Shown here piece by piece: positions 1 through 16,141 of a stretch of DNA of 64,000 nt. Position numbers and translations under genes: made by a program. Source of the DNA: Malacoraja senta (lineage: Eukaryota). Numbering within the stretch: the stretch's first letter is position 1; each line of letters starts with the position of its first letter. The notes beneath the pieces were generated by a model. That model saw only the letters and a program-made list of their open reading frames with translations, ran no database searches and was not told the origin of the DNA. The stretch is from contig CM075999.1 in NCBI GenBank assembly GCA_038087875.1, positions 4,032,001 through 4,096,000 of the forward strand, in the 5' to 3' direction.

Positions 1-410
1 AAAATCTTTTCTGAACCCTTTCAAGCTTGACAATATCTTTCCTATAACATGATGCCCAGAACTGAACACAATAATCTAAATGTGGCCTCACCAATGTCTT
101 ATACAACTGCAACATGACCTCCCAACTTCTATACTCAATACTCTGACTGATGAAAGCCAAAGTGCCAAAAGCCTTTTTGACCACTTTATCTACCTGCGAC
201 TCGACCTTCAAGGAACCATGCACCTGCACTCCGAGATCCCTCTGCTCTATAACACTACCCAGAGGCCTACCATTCACTGTGCAGGTCCTGCCCTTGTTCC
301 ACATCCCAATATGTAACACCTCACACTTCTCTGTATTAAATTCCATCAACCATTCCTCCACCCACCTGGCCAATCGATCCAGATCCTGCTGCAATCTTTC
401 ACAACCTTCC
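1..410 (-). mobile_element. CR1-type LINE reverse-transcriptase fragment
   Basis: Minus strand reads through LVRPHLDYCVQFW-like motif; resembles the RT region at 52900-53523. Confidence 0.7.
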
Positions 411-2217
411 CCATTCACTATCTTCACTATGACATTAGTTAGTTTAGTTTATTGTCACGTAAAATATGAAAAGCTTTTGTTGCATGCTATCCAATCAGCA
501 GAAAGACAATACATGATTTCAATTGAACCATTTACAGTGTATAGATACCTGATAAGGGAATAACGTTTAGTGCAAGGTAAAGCCAGCAAAGTCCGATCAA
601 GGATAGACCGAGGGTCACCAAAGAGGTAGATAGTAGTTCAGCACTGCTCTCTGGTTGTGGTTGGATGGTTCAATTGCCTGATACCAGCTGGGAAGAAAAC
701 TGTCCCTGAATCTGGAAGTGTGCGTTTACACACTTTTGCCTGGGGTCAAGGAAAGAGCGTTCACGTCACGGCCCTGTTTTCACCAAAGAAGCGACAAGAC
801 AGACACCATTGTATGCAGATGCCGAGAAGTGTGTTCAGCTCTGGCTGAACAACTTCTAATCTTGTATGTGGACTCGACAAGAAGAAGAACCTTTTGCCTG
901 ATGGGAGAGGGGAGAAGAGGGATTGACCAGGGTGCGACTCGTCCTTGATTATGATGCTGGCATTCTTACTTGCTGCAGCTTTGCAGGCACATTAATGTAA
1001 TAACACATAAATAAGTATACAATAATCAATACTACAATAAATGATTACTAATACCAGGTAGCCACACCATAGTAGTGCAAAGCAAAGTATGTAGTGTTCT
1101 ACAAAGTCCATGGCAGATTGTTTCTGGATTAGGGCTGAGGTTAGTGTTGTGCAGCGTTCAAGAGCCTCATGTTGTTGGGAAGAAGCTGTTCTTGAACCTG
1201 GAGGTCACAGTTTTCAGGCTCATGTACCTTCTTCCCGGTGGTAGCAGCGAGATAAGAGCGTGGCCAATGTGGTGTGGGTCTCTGATGATGCTGGCTGCAT
1301 TTTTGAAGCAGCGCCTGTAGATCCCTTCAATGGTGGGCAGGTCAGTACCTGTGATGGACCGGGCAGTGTGTGGTGGGGGGGTCAGTATCTGTGATAGACC
1401 AGGCAGTGTCCACCAGTCCCTGTATTTTCTTTACTTTCGACTTTATTTTTGAGATACGGCATGGAAACAGGCCCTTGGGCCCAACAAGTCCACGCCATTC
1501 AGCGATCACCCCGTACACTAACACGATCCTACAAACTAGGGACAATGTACAATCTGCAGAAGCCAATTAACCTACAAACCCGTATGTCTTTGGAGTGTGG
1601 GAGGAAACCGGAACACCCTGAGAAACCCACGAGATCACAAGGAGCACATGCAAACTCCACACAGACAGCACCCGAGGTCAGGATCAAACCTGGGTCTCTG
1701 ACAACGTAAGACACCAAGGCTACCACCCCACCCCTATTCTAAAAGGCAAGGTCTCAGAAATACTTAAAAAGCTGTTCTCTAAAAGGTTACAGTTGAAAAC
1801 ACTGCCTGAATGTGCTGGTTTAATCCAGATTCAGAATGATTTCCTTAAGTTTAAAATTAAATTCAAGAGTAGAAGCATGTGATAGATCAGCCATGATTTC
1901 AGGGTGGACTAGACTTGAACATGACAGGGTGGGCTGAAGGGCCTTTATAACTCTACGACTATAACAGCATCGGGCGGTTTCGGGATCACTTGCCTCGCGC
2001 GTGTACTTTTTGTTCTGCTCCATGGTTTTCCTCACTTTTGTGCGGACTGAAGGTGCGGCATGATCTTTGGGAAGAGCTTCAATCTCTGCCTCAAGTGCGG
2101 GCCTAGGGCTGAGAGAAACCTCACACATGCTCTTCAATAATCTGTAGACAAGAAATATATTTCTTTCGATAATGTTCTGCAGCTGTAACCACATCTATGA
2201 GTAAAATATTAGGTCTT

Positions 2218-2526
2218 GTTAGTTTAGTTTAGAGATACAGTGCGGAAACATGCCTATCAGCCCACTGAGTCCGCACTGACCAGCGATCCCCGCACACTAA
2301 CACTATCCTACACACACTTGGGACAATCTTTCATTTATACCAAGCCAATTAACCTACAAACCTGGACGTCTTTGGAGTGTGGGAGAAAACCGAAGATCTT
2401 GGATAACCCAGGCAGGTCACAGGGAGAACGTACAAACTCCGTACAGACAGCACCCGTAGTCAGGATCGAACCCGGGTCTTTGGCGTTGTGAGGCAGCAGC
2501 TCTACCGCCACGCCACCGTGCCGCCC
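2218..2526 (-). mobile_element. tRNA-derived SINE (HE1/V-SINE-like); further copies at about 1450-1725, 16540-16800, 22838-23122, 27315-27610, 31815-31970(+), 59858-60245(+)
   Basis: GGGCGGCACGGTGGCG head, B-box GGGTTCGATCC, central GGAGTTTGTACGTTCTCCC..GGGTT core, (CTAAA)n tail. Confidence 0.85.
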
Positions 2527-3373
2527 TAATTCTTAAAATAAAGTCTTGTTCCTTTTGAATACGTTGTAAATCGTGTGTATTACTCACCAATTATCCACTA
2601 TTCTTTATATACAGTAATTTACGAGCTTTTTTCACACACTATGTGACATCAATGATGATCTGCACCACACACATTTAACAAGATGTATTTACGTTTATAT
2701 TGCAGTAATTAACTGGAGTATCTCATCACGACATCAATAGTCCTTCTGTGTGTCTGCCATCACTCATCAGAGACACACAGCTGATGACCTCAAGAGCATC
2801 TACCAGGCGAGGAGGGGAGTAGAAGATGGATCAAGAACATAATACCACCCTTCCATAAATTCAGCAGTAATTGTCCTGGTGATAGTTGGTTTATGGTAAG
2901 GGGGGGGACCTGTGAATATCCCCACCCCTTGCTATTTACCTCGTGGCCTGTGCAGTGGATGTGACAGTGTAGTGAGAGAGACATATGCATTTACAGATCA
3001 CTGACTGTAAGGGATGAGACAGCAGAGGGTGTGTGCAACACCAACCGCTGCATCTACATCCTGTTGTATCCAGGGGTAAACCTCTTCAATTCAGCCGATG
3101 CTAATTAATTATTAAAATCTCATCAACAAAATCGTGCGATGCAACTTACAGGAGAATGTGAACACTAATTACCTCAATTTCCACTCACACTCAAAGGAGT
3201 AACCCTCCTCTCACACACAAGAAAATACGTACCAGCCCAACTAGGACATGAAGTGCTGGAAACTCGGTGAGTTACGCAGCATCTCGAGAACATGGAGAGG
3301 TGATGTTTCGGCTCGGGACCCTTCTTCAACCCGAAACGCAGACGGCTGCGGAAGTCAAGTCAATGAATATTTA

Positions 3374-3910
3374 TAATAATAATAATAATACATTTTATTT
3401 ATATAGCGCTTTTCAAGGACTCAAAGTCGCTTTACATGGAGAGTCAAGAACAAAACAAAATAGAGCAGTAAGACAGAGATGCAAAGGGGAGGGGGACATT
3501 GGACTAAGGGTATGCAGAGGTGAAGAGATGGGTCTTGAGGCGGGACTGGAGGATGGTGAGGGACTCAGAATTTCGAATCAATTGTGGGAGGGAGTTCCAG
3601 AGCCTGGGAGCTGCTCTGGAGAAGGCTCTGTTTCCAAAAGTGCAGAGGTTGGATTTCGGAATGGAGAGGAGACCGGCTGATGTGGATCTGAGGGACCGTG
3701 AGGGTTGGTAGGGGGAGAGGAGGTCAGTGAGATAAGGGGGGGCCAAGTGGTTGAGGGCTTTGTAGGTGAGGACCAGGATTTTGTAGATGATCCGGTGGGA
3801 AATGGGAAGCCAGTGAAGTTCTTTGAGAACTGGGGTGATGTGGTGCCAGGATTTCGTGTGGGTGATGAGTCGGGCGGCTGCATTCTGGACCAGTTGGAGT
3901 CGGTTGATGT
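3374..3910 (-). mobile_element. L2-clade LINE 3' fragment
   Basis: ..[22 protein letters not shown]; (TTA)n tail; near-identical to the 3' end of the copy at 35821-37019. Confidence 0.85.
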
Positions 3911-6900
3911 TGCTATAAAGCAGACATAGATTCTTGATTAGTACGGGTGTCAGGGGTTATGGGGAAAAGGCAGGAGAATGGGGTTAGGAGGGAGAGATAG
4001 ATCAGCCATGATTGAATGGAGGTGCCTTGATGGGCCGAATGGCCTAATTTTGCTCCTATCACTTATGACCTTATGGAACCATTCCCCAAAACATCACCTA
4101 TTCCTTTTCTCCAGAGATGCTGCCTGACCCACTGAGTTTCTCCAGCACTTTGTATTCTTTGGTGTAAACCAGCATTTGCAGTGCCTTGCCTTTACTTGCT
4201 CAATCAGTTGATCCAATTACAATAACCACCTAGTCCGCTGTGTGGATAGATCAGCCATGATTGAATGGTGGAGTAGACTTGAAGGGCCAAATGACCTACG
4301 TATGCTTCTAGAACTTATGTAACATCATACTTTGTGTCATAATCAAACACAGCAGGTGCAAACTGGAACTGTTCACAGCTGGAATATTGACAAGGGGCTC
4401 CATATAGTGCATGAAGCACACAGCACAGAAGCAGTCCATCAAGCACAATGTGCCCACACTGGTGTGTACGCCCTACACCAGCTTCCCAAAACGTCCACCA
4501 CTCCATACCCTCCACAGATGCTGCCTGACCCGCTGAGCCGGTCTATACCCTCCACAGATGCTGCCTGACCCGCTGAGCAGGTCTATACACTCCACAGATG
4601 CTGCCTGACCCGCTGAGTTCCTCCAGTACATTTTGTCGGTCTAACCCCATTCCTTTCCCACTCGCCCTGCCGACAGCATCGATGCTCATTGACTCAACAA
4701 TCGCAGCTGCAGCAAGCTCCCTGGGCAGAGAAGTTTCTGATTTAGTTTCAACTCTTTTGTTTTAATTAAACTTACCTGGTGCACAATGTAAATGCTAAAT
4801 TATTAAGTGAAAAAATAAGTAACTTATCAGAGCTGGATTACTCCCGAGAGATTTGAAGACAGACGGTGTAGCAGTGGGAAATGTTCCAAGCCAGGGCGTG
4901 TCATAAAGATTCTAAATTGACAGGTACAATTGATTCCCCGTGATCACCTTAGTAACAGATTCTTAACTAGATTTCTGTGATGTCACAGGGCACCAAGTAC
5001 TTTGACCTTTGATCATTATTATTTACTGAGACCAGACTTATTGATACTGTGTTTCATTGATCCACAAAATCTATAACGATAGATTTGAACCAAAGAATTT
5101 GTTCTCCATTACGGTGCTTGGCCCATTTCCATTTATTAGCCCTGCCTCCTTCATTAACTCGATCAGACTGTAATGAAAGAAGTTGCACTTGTACATTAAC
5201 TCTCATTCTTTGAATTAAATAAAAACCTTGCCTGCCACTGAGGAACCATCATTCACTCTGAAAGAAACATCTGACATGGCTCAGCTAGTTGAGATATTTG
5301 AGAGCTGACGCATTAGCTGATCCCACCTAAGGTGTCAGTGGCTTGTGCTTACTGCTTAAGGTGATAACTTGGTACTATCTCTTGACTCAGATAGATACAG
5401 CGCAGAACCAGGCCCAACTTGTCCATGCTGACCAACATGCCCCACCTGAGCTAGTCCTATATCCCTACGTTTGGCCCATATCCCCCTAAACCTTTGCTAT
5501 CCTTGTACCTGTCCAAATGGCTTTTAAATCTTTATTGTACGTGTCGCATTCCACATTCCCACTACTCTGTGTAAAAAGTTTTGCAGCCTGGGATTCACAT
5601 ACACTGGGAAAAAGATTGAATGCATTTGCCCTATTTATTCCCCTCATGGTTCTATACACCTCTATAAGATCACCCCTCAACCTCCTGTCCTCCAAGGAAT
5701 AAAGTCCCAGCCTGGTCTTTGGAAAGTGCAAATATTTCCTCTTGATTAGATCTTTAAAGCTTTCAGCTGTGATGCACTTACACCAAGGCAGGTGGGGCTA
5801 GTGTAGATGTGGCATTGTTGGTCGGTGTGGGCAGGTGGGACTAGTGTAGATGGGCATGTTGGTCGGTGTGGGCAAGTTGGGTCGAAAGACGTTTCCACGC
5901 TGTACCACTCTCTGACTCCTTGCCAACTTATGTCTTAACTTACATCACCAAAGTGGATTCAATGCTATTGTGGAAGCCTGCTTGGGATAGACAATAGACA
6001 ATAGGTGCAGGAGTAGGCCATATGGCCCTTCAAGCCAGCACCGCCATTCAATGTGATCATGGCTGATCATCCACAATCACATTGGATAAAGGTCCCCATC
6101 TTACACTTTGATGCTGCTGTATGTCGCTGCTGTAGTAGAGTATGGAACGTGGATAAGCTTTGGAATTATCTCTCCACATCATCGTCTATATCTCTCGTTT
6201 CCCTTATCCCTAACCTGTCTGAAGAAGGGTCTCGTCCCGAAACGTCACCCATTCCTTCTCTCTAGAGATGTTGCCTGTCGTGCTGAGTGACTCCAGCTTT
6301 TTGTGTCTATCTTTGGAATGAACTTGTTTGGTTCCAGTTCCAGTTTCCCATCTGCGAAGCACCGGACAACCCGACCAAGGGCAGTGGAGCAAGCGTGGAA
6401 TCAACCAAGCCTCTCGGAGAGTTGTAGGAACCACAAGACTCAGCACTCCTTTTCCAAATTGGGAATCTATGGCACCTTTAATAAGGAATTAACTATTTTG
6501 GGAGGAAAAATGGTAGAATATTTGTAAATCGGGCATTTCAAATGTCAGCATAAAATTGCACATCAAATATTTAAAACAAATTTGCTGTCAGCATGATCCA
6601 AATATCTTGTCCTAATGTGTTGTGCAGAAAGGTGTGGTGAATATATTCCATGTGACGTTCTACATTCGAACACACTTGATTGTTCCGACGTTATGGACAG
6701 ACCACCCTGATGTTAATATTTTAATCAGTGCAAAAGTCACATGGATTGCACGGCAGCTTCGATACATTCCCCTCCGTCACTCAGTTCCAGAACAACACCG
6801 GCTAAAGAGAGATGTGGCTGAATTTCCAGACCAACTGCAATAGCAGCAGTTACTACATGAGCAAGGCTATAAATGTTAATAATGGATTAAACCACTTATT

Positions 6901-7777
6901 TATGCATGTGTACCATGGTTTAATGCTGGTACTAGCCTGCGATAAATGGATGCTTACATTTCTGGCATGCGTTCCGGTCTCCCACACTGTCTGTTCACAC
7001 TCTGCTACTTAGTCAACTTGTTCTTGAGAGGAGAAATTACTATCCAATATCCAACTCAATCTATTGCTCAGCAATCTTCAAGCATCGTACTATTTACAAG
7101 AAGAAAATGCTGTCATTTAAACACTGGATTCTCATAGATCAGAAAAAATCACGTCACTAGAGGCTGAAGAAAAACAAAATGGACTAATTACAAAAACCTT
7201 CTTGTCAAACAATGTATCTGGCTAGATGATAAATATTACTCACCATGAATGCCCAATGGCTCCTTCCCATTGTGATGGCATTGGTTTATTATCACCTGTC
7301 GAGATATAGTGTAAAGCTTTGTTCCTTCGGTCAAATCTAGCCATAGTATGCACCAGTACAATTAAGCCACACACAAGTACAACAGGGAGTGCATAGAGAA
7401 AAATATCAGTGCGGGATATAGTGTTACGGCATTGTAACAACTACAAAGAAAAAGTGCAGCGTTCTCAATGTGGTAGGTTGGATGATCGGGACTACACCCT
7501 AGCTTACGGGAGGACCGTTCAGTTGTTTTGTGGGTTCATTGTTTGCACCCAGTCCAATTTGTCCTTCAGACCCGAGAGATGCTCTTTACTTTAATGCAAC
7601 AGGAAATTACTTCCCATATCTTAGAACTGTGGGGAGGAAACAAACTCCTAATTAATAACACCCACACTGACCATAAAGAGAATGCTCTGAGAAATCCCTC
7701 CAAAATTTTAACTTGGTGTTGTGTCGACAGATTTATGGAGTGTGAAGGCACTGTTATTGCAACAGGTTACAGACATT

Positions 7778-7796
7778 AATACCACCTAGTGGCAGC
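7778..7796 (-). promoter_or_regulatory. Candidate CTCF site
   Basis: Minus strand CTGCCACTAGGTGGTATT in non-repetitive sequence; motif match only. Confidence 0.35.
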
Positions 7797-8137
7797 AACA
7801 CCATACCACAGATTGGTCAAACGCATGACTGACGTTATGTTTGAAGTATGGAGATGTCACAACGTAGTGCTCTGATGGTGTCTGACAATATTACTCTCGC
7901 AGCACTACACATTTACCATCTGCTGCACATTGCTTTCTGTTTCTTGGTGTTTAATATTACAAAGCTTTTCACTTCCCTTCACGGTTATTTTTATGTTACG
8001 CCATGTCCAGGGAACGCCCTCTGTTCACTGCAGATCTTTCAGCACAGACTTAAATCTGAAACTTCAGCTTCTCAAATAGCAACAAGCAAGAATTGAAAAT
8101 TATGGCCCTCTAAATCAACAGCAAATTGAAGATAAAG

Positions 8138-8455
8138 CACAAAGTGCTGGAGTAACTCAGCGGGTCAGGCAGCATCTGTGGAGAACATGGATAGGTGACG
8201 TTTCACAAAGTGCTGGAGTAACTCAGCGGGTCAGGCAGCATCTGTGGAGAACATGGATAGGTGATGTTTCACAGAGTGCTGGAGTAACTCAGCGGGTCAG
8301 GCAGCATCTGTGGAGAACATGGATAGGTGACGTTTCACAAAGTGCTGGAGTAACTCAGCGGGTCAGGCAGCATCTGTGGAGAACATGGATAGGTGATGTT
8401 TCACAGAGTGCTGGAGTAACTCAGCGGGTCAGGTAGCATCTGTGGAGAACATGGA
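8138..8455. repeat. 66-bp tandem repeat x5 derived from Penelope pLTR
   Basis: Unit AAAGTGCTGGAGTAACTCAGCGGGTCAGGCAGCATCTGTGGAGAACATGGATAGGTGACGTTTCAC starting at 8141, 8207, 8273, 8339, 8405. Confidence 0.92.
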
Positions 8456-8828
8456 TCATCAACATTTCGGGTCTTTACCCTTTTTCAGACTGAAGAAGGA
8501 TCCCAACCCGAAACGTCACCTATCCATGTTCGTCAGAGATACTACCTGACCCACTGAGTTACTCCAGCACTTTGTATTTTATTCAAGATTCCAGTATCTG
8601 CAGTTCCTTGTGTCAGCAAATAGAAGATAATTGCAATATTTAGTGCAGTATAAATTCCTGATAAAGTTGTGAATACACCAACTGCAGTACATATCCAACT
8701 GCTTGAATCCAGGTAAGGTCTTTGTTGGCTTGCCATTCCAGTTTCTTCCTTACTTTATGAGATGGTCAAATTCAGCAAAGGAATGAAGAGCCTCAGTTGA
8801 TGGTTTTGATAAATTGGGCTCCTTTTGA

Positions 8829-12969
<4,141 letters not shown>

Positions 12970-13039
12970 CTGAAAGAGAAAACACAAGAGGTTCTCAGTA
13001 GCACCCCACTGACTGATTCATCAGAAACCAGTCTGATGA

Positions 13040-14457
13040 TCATTTTCAACCTCTCACTTCTGAGGTCTGAGGTTCCCACCTGCTTCAAAAGGGCATCAAT
13101 TATACCAGTGCCCAAGAAGAGTAAGGTGACGTGCCTCATGACTATCGACCTGTGGCACTAACGCCTGTGGTGATGAAGTGCTTTGAGAGGTTGATCATGA
13201 CGCAGATCAACTCCTACCTTGACAAAACCTGGACCCACTGCAGTTCGCTTACCGCCACAACAGATCAACGATGGATGCGATCTCGCTGGCCCTCCACTCC
13301 GCTCTGGACAACTTGGACAACAAAACTCATATGTCAGGCTGTTATTCATCGATTACAGCTCGGCATTTAATACAATCATCCCCTCCAAGCTGGTTACCAA
13401 ACTCGCAGAACTGGGTCTCTGCGCATCCCTCTGCAATTGGATCCTCGACTTCCTCACTCACAGACCACAGTCTGTTCGTATTGGTGGAAATGTGTCAGAC
13501 TCGATAACAATCAGCACGGGAGCACCTCAAGGCTGTGTGCTCAGCCCCCTGCTGTACTCACTCTATACTCATACTATACTGCGTAGCCGACATAGTGCGA
13601 ACTCATCATCAAGTTTGCTGACGACACCACTGTTGTGGGACGAATCACTGATGGGGATGAGTCAGAGTATAGAAGAGAGATCGAGCAACTGTCCATATGG
13701 TGCCAGCACAATAACCTGGGCCTCACACCAGCAAAACCAAGGAACTGATTGTGGACTTTGGAAGGAGTAGGATGGGGACCCACAGTCCCGTTTATATCAA
13801 CGGGTCGATGGTTGAAAGGGTCAAGAGCTTCAAATTCCTGGGCGTGCACATCTCTGAAGATCTTTCCTGGTCCGAGAACACTGATGCCATTATTAAGAAA
13901 GCACATCAGCGCCTCTACTTCCTGAGAAGATTACGGAGAGTCGTTTGTCAAGGAGGACTCTCTCTAACTTCTACAGGTGCACAGTAGAGAGCATGCTGAC
14001 CGGTTGCATCGTGGCTTGGTTCGGCAACTTGAGCGCCCTGGAGAGGAAAAGACTACAAAAAGTAGTAAACACTGCCCAGTGCATCATCGGCTCTGACCTC
14101 CCTTCCATCGAGGGGATCTATCGCAGTCGCTGCCTCAAAAAGGCTGGCAGTATCAAGGACCCACACCATCCTGGCCACACACTCATCTCCCTACTACTTC
14201 AGGTAGAAGGTACAGGAGCCTGAAGACTGCAACGACCAGGTTCAGGAATAGCTACTTCCCCACAGCCATCAGGCTATTAAACCTGGCTCGGACATAACAC
14301 TGAACTTTATTAGCCAATACTGTTATTTGCACTTGTAGTCAATGCCTAGAATGCCTTGCAGTCAATGCCTACTATGTTCTGTTGTGCTGAAGCAAAGCAA
14401 GAAGTTCATTGTCCTATCAGGGACACATGACAATAAACTCACTTGAACTTGAACTTG
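13040..14457 (+). mobile_element. Rex1/Babar-like LINE, 5'-truncated, frameshifted RT
   Basis: [47 protein letters not shown] motifs; AATAAA and (CTTGAA)n tail; in TMEM234 intron 1. Confidence 0.85.
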
Positions 14458-15733
14458 ATCAGTGGGAAATCCCAAATCAGATTTGATAACACCAACACTG
14501 CTTTCACAGATGATACATCTTAAATGACAGCTCACCACTGTGCTGTGCCTGCTTTCAGAAAGTCACCCCTAACTCTAATTAGTAGCAAGGAACTGCAGAT
14601 GTTGGTTTACACTCCTGCTGAAGTAACTCAGCGGGACAGGCAGCATCTCAAAAGAAGGGTTTCGACCCAAAATGTCACCCATTCCTTCTTTCCAGAGATG
14701 CTATCACCTCTAATTAGTCAGTGCACTGCTCTTTCCACATAATGCAGATTTATCTTTTTCAGGTATATAGCTAATTTCCTTTTGAAAATTACCTTTAGAA
14801 CTAATTGTATTGCCTTTTCAAGAACTGTATTTTAGACTATTAACTATCCACTATATCTATCTATACCTTTCATTATTCTGTAAGTTTCAATGAGGGTCCC
14901 CTCAACTTTCTAAACTCCAGTGAGTACAGGCCCAGTGCTGTCAAACACTCATCATATGCTAATCCTAAAATAAACATGCTGCAACCTGACCAGTGTTTAT
15001 AAAATACAAAGTCTTTAAACTTTTCTAGATGTTTACAAAGTCATGACATGTCTTTTGAACAGGCTTCTCTACCTATCCTGTCACTTTGAAAGAGTTCTGT
15101 GTGTGCACACTTCCAGTTCTCCCATCCTGTATCCTCTACAAAAGTGCAATGATTGCACGCTGGCCTTGATCAGTCAGGGTGGGTATTGAGGATAGAAGTT
15201 GGACATTATGTTTACGGTTGTACAAGATGTTGATGAGGCACATTTGGAGCATTGTGTTCACTTTTTGTCACCCTGCTGCAGGAAAGATACCATTATGATT
15301 GAAAAAGTGCAGAGAAGATTACAAGATGTTGCTAGGACTCGAGGGCCTGAGGTAAAGGGAGAGGGTGGGCAGCGAGGACTTTATTCCTTGGAGCGCAGAC
15401 GATGAGGGGTTTCTACAAAATCATGAGAAGAATAGATCGGGTAGACGCACAGAATCTCTTGCCCAGAGTAGGAGAATCGAGGACCAGAGGACATAGGTTC
15501 AAGGTGAAGGGGAAAAGATTTAATAGGAATCTGAGGGGTAACCTTTTCACACAGAGGTGGTGGGTGTATGGAACGAGCTGCCGGAGGAGGTAGTTGAGGC
15601 TGGGACTATCACAACGTTTAAGAAACAGTTAGACAGGTACATGGATGGGACAGGTTTGGAGTGATATGGACCAAACGAGGGGCAGGTGGGACTAGTGTAG
15701 ATGGGACATGTTGCCTGGTGTGGGCGAGTTGGG

Positions 15734-15933
15734 NNNNNNNNNNNNNNNNNNNNNNNNNNNNNNNNNNNNNNNNNNNNNNNNNNNNNNNNNNNNNNNNNNN
15801 NNNNNNNNNNNNNNNNNNNNNNNNNNNNNNNNNNNNNNNNNNNNNNNNNNNNNNNNNNNNNNNNNNNNNNNNNNNNNNNNNNNNNNNNNNNNNNNNNNNN
15901 NNNNNNNNNNNNNNNNNNNNNNNNNNNNNNNNN
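15734..15933. other. Assembly gap (200 N)
   Basis: N run. Confidence 1.
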
Positions 15934-16047
15934 GCTTTGCTGGTTCTTAACAAGCCTCACCACATTGTACATGATATGTGTTTATATTAAATGATTATTT
16001 TATCAACTGTTGAATTGATCCAGTTTTCTTTTTCTCTCCTGTATCAG

Positions 16048-16141
16048 AGGCCCATCCTGTTACAGGGTCATGAAAGATCAATCACACAGATTACGTACAA
16101 CAGGGAAGGAGATCTGGTTGTTCTCCTGTGCCAAAGATACT
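16048..16141 (+). CDS. EIF3I: EIF3I exon 2 (1 extra base near 16116)
   Basis: [23 protein letters not shown] then +1 shift LFSCAKDT; cag acceptor, gtaagt donor. Confidence 0.9.

Noticed and set aside
6622..6843. Possible plus-strand exon, e.g. DCDC2B expected by synteny
   Set aside because: No recognisable similarity in the frames I read and no supporting neighbouring exons.
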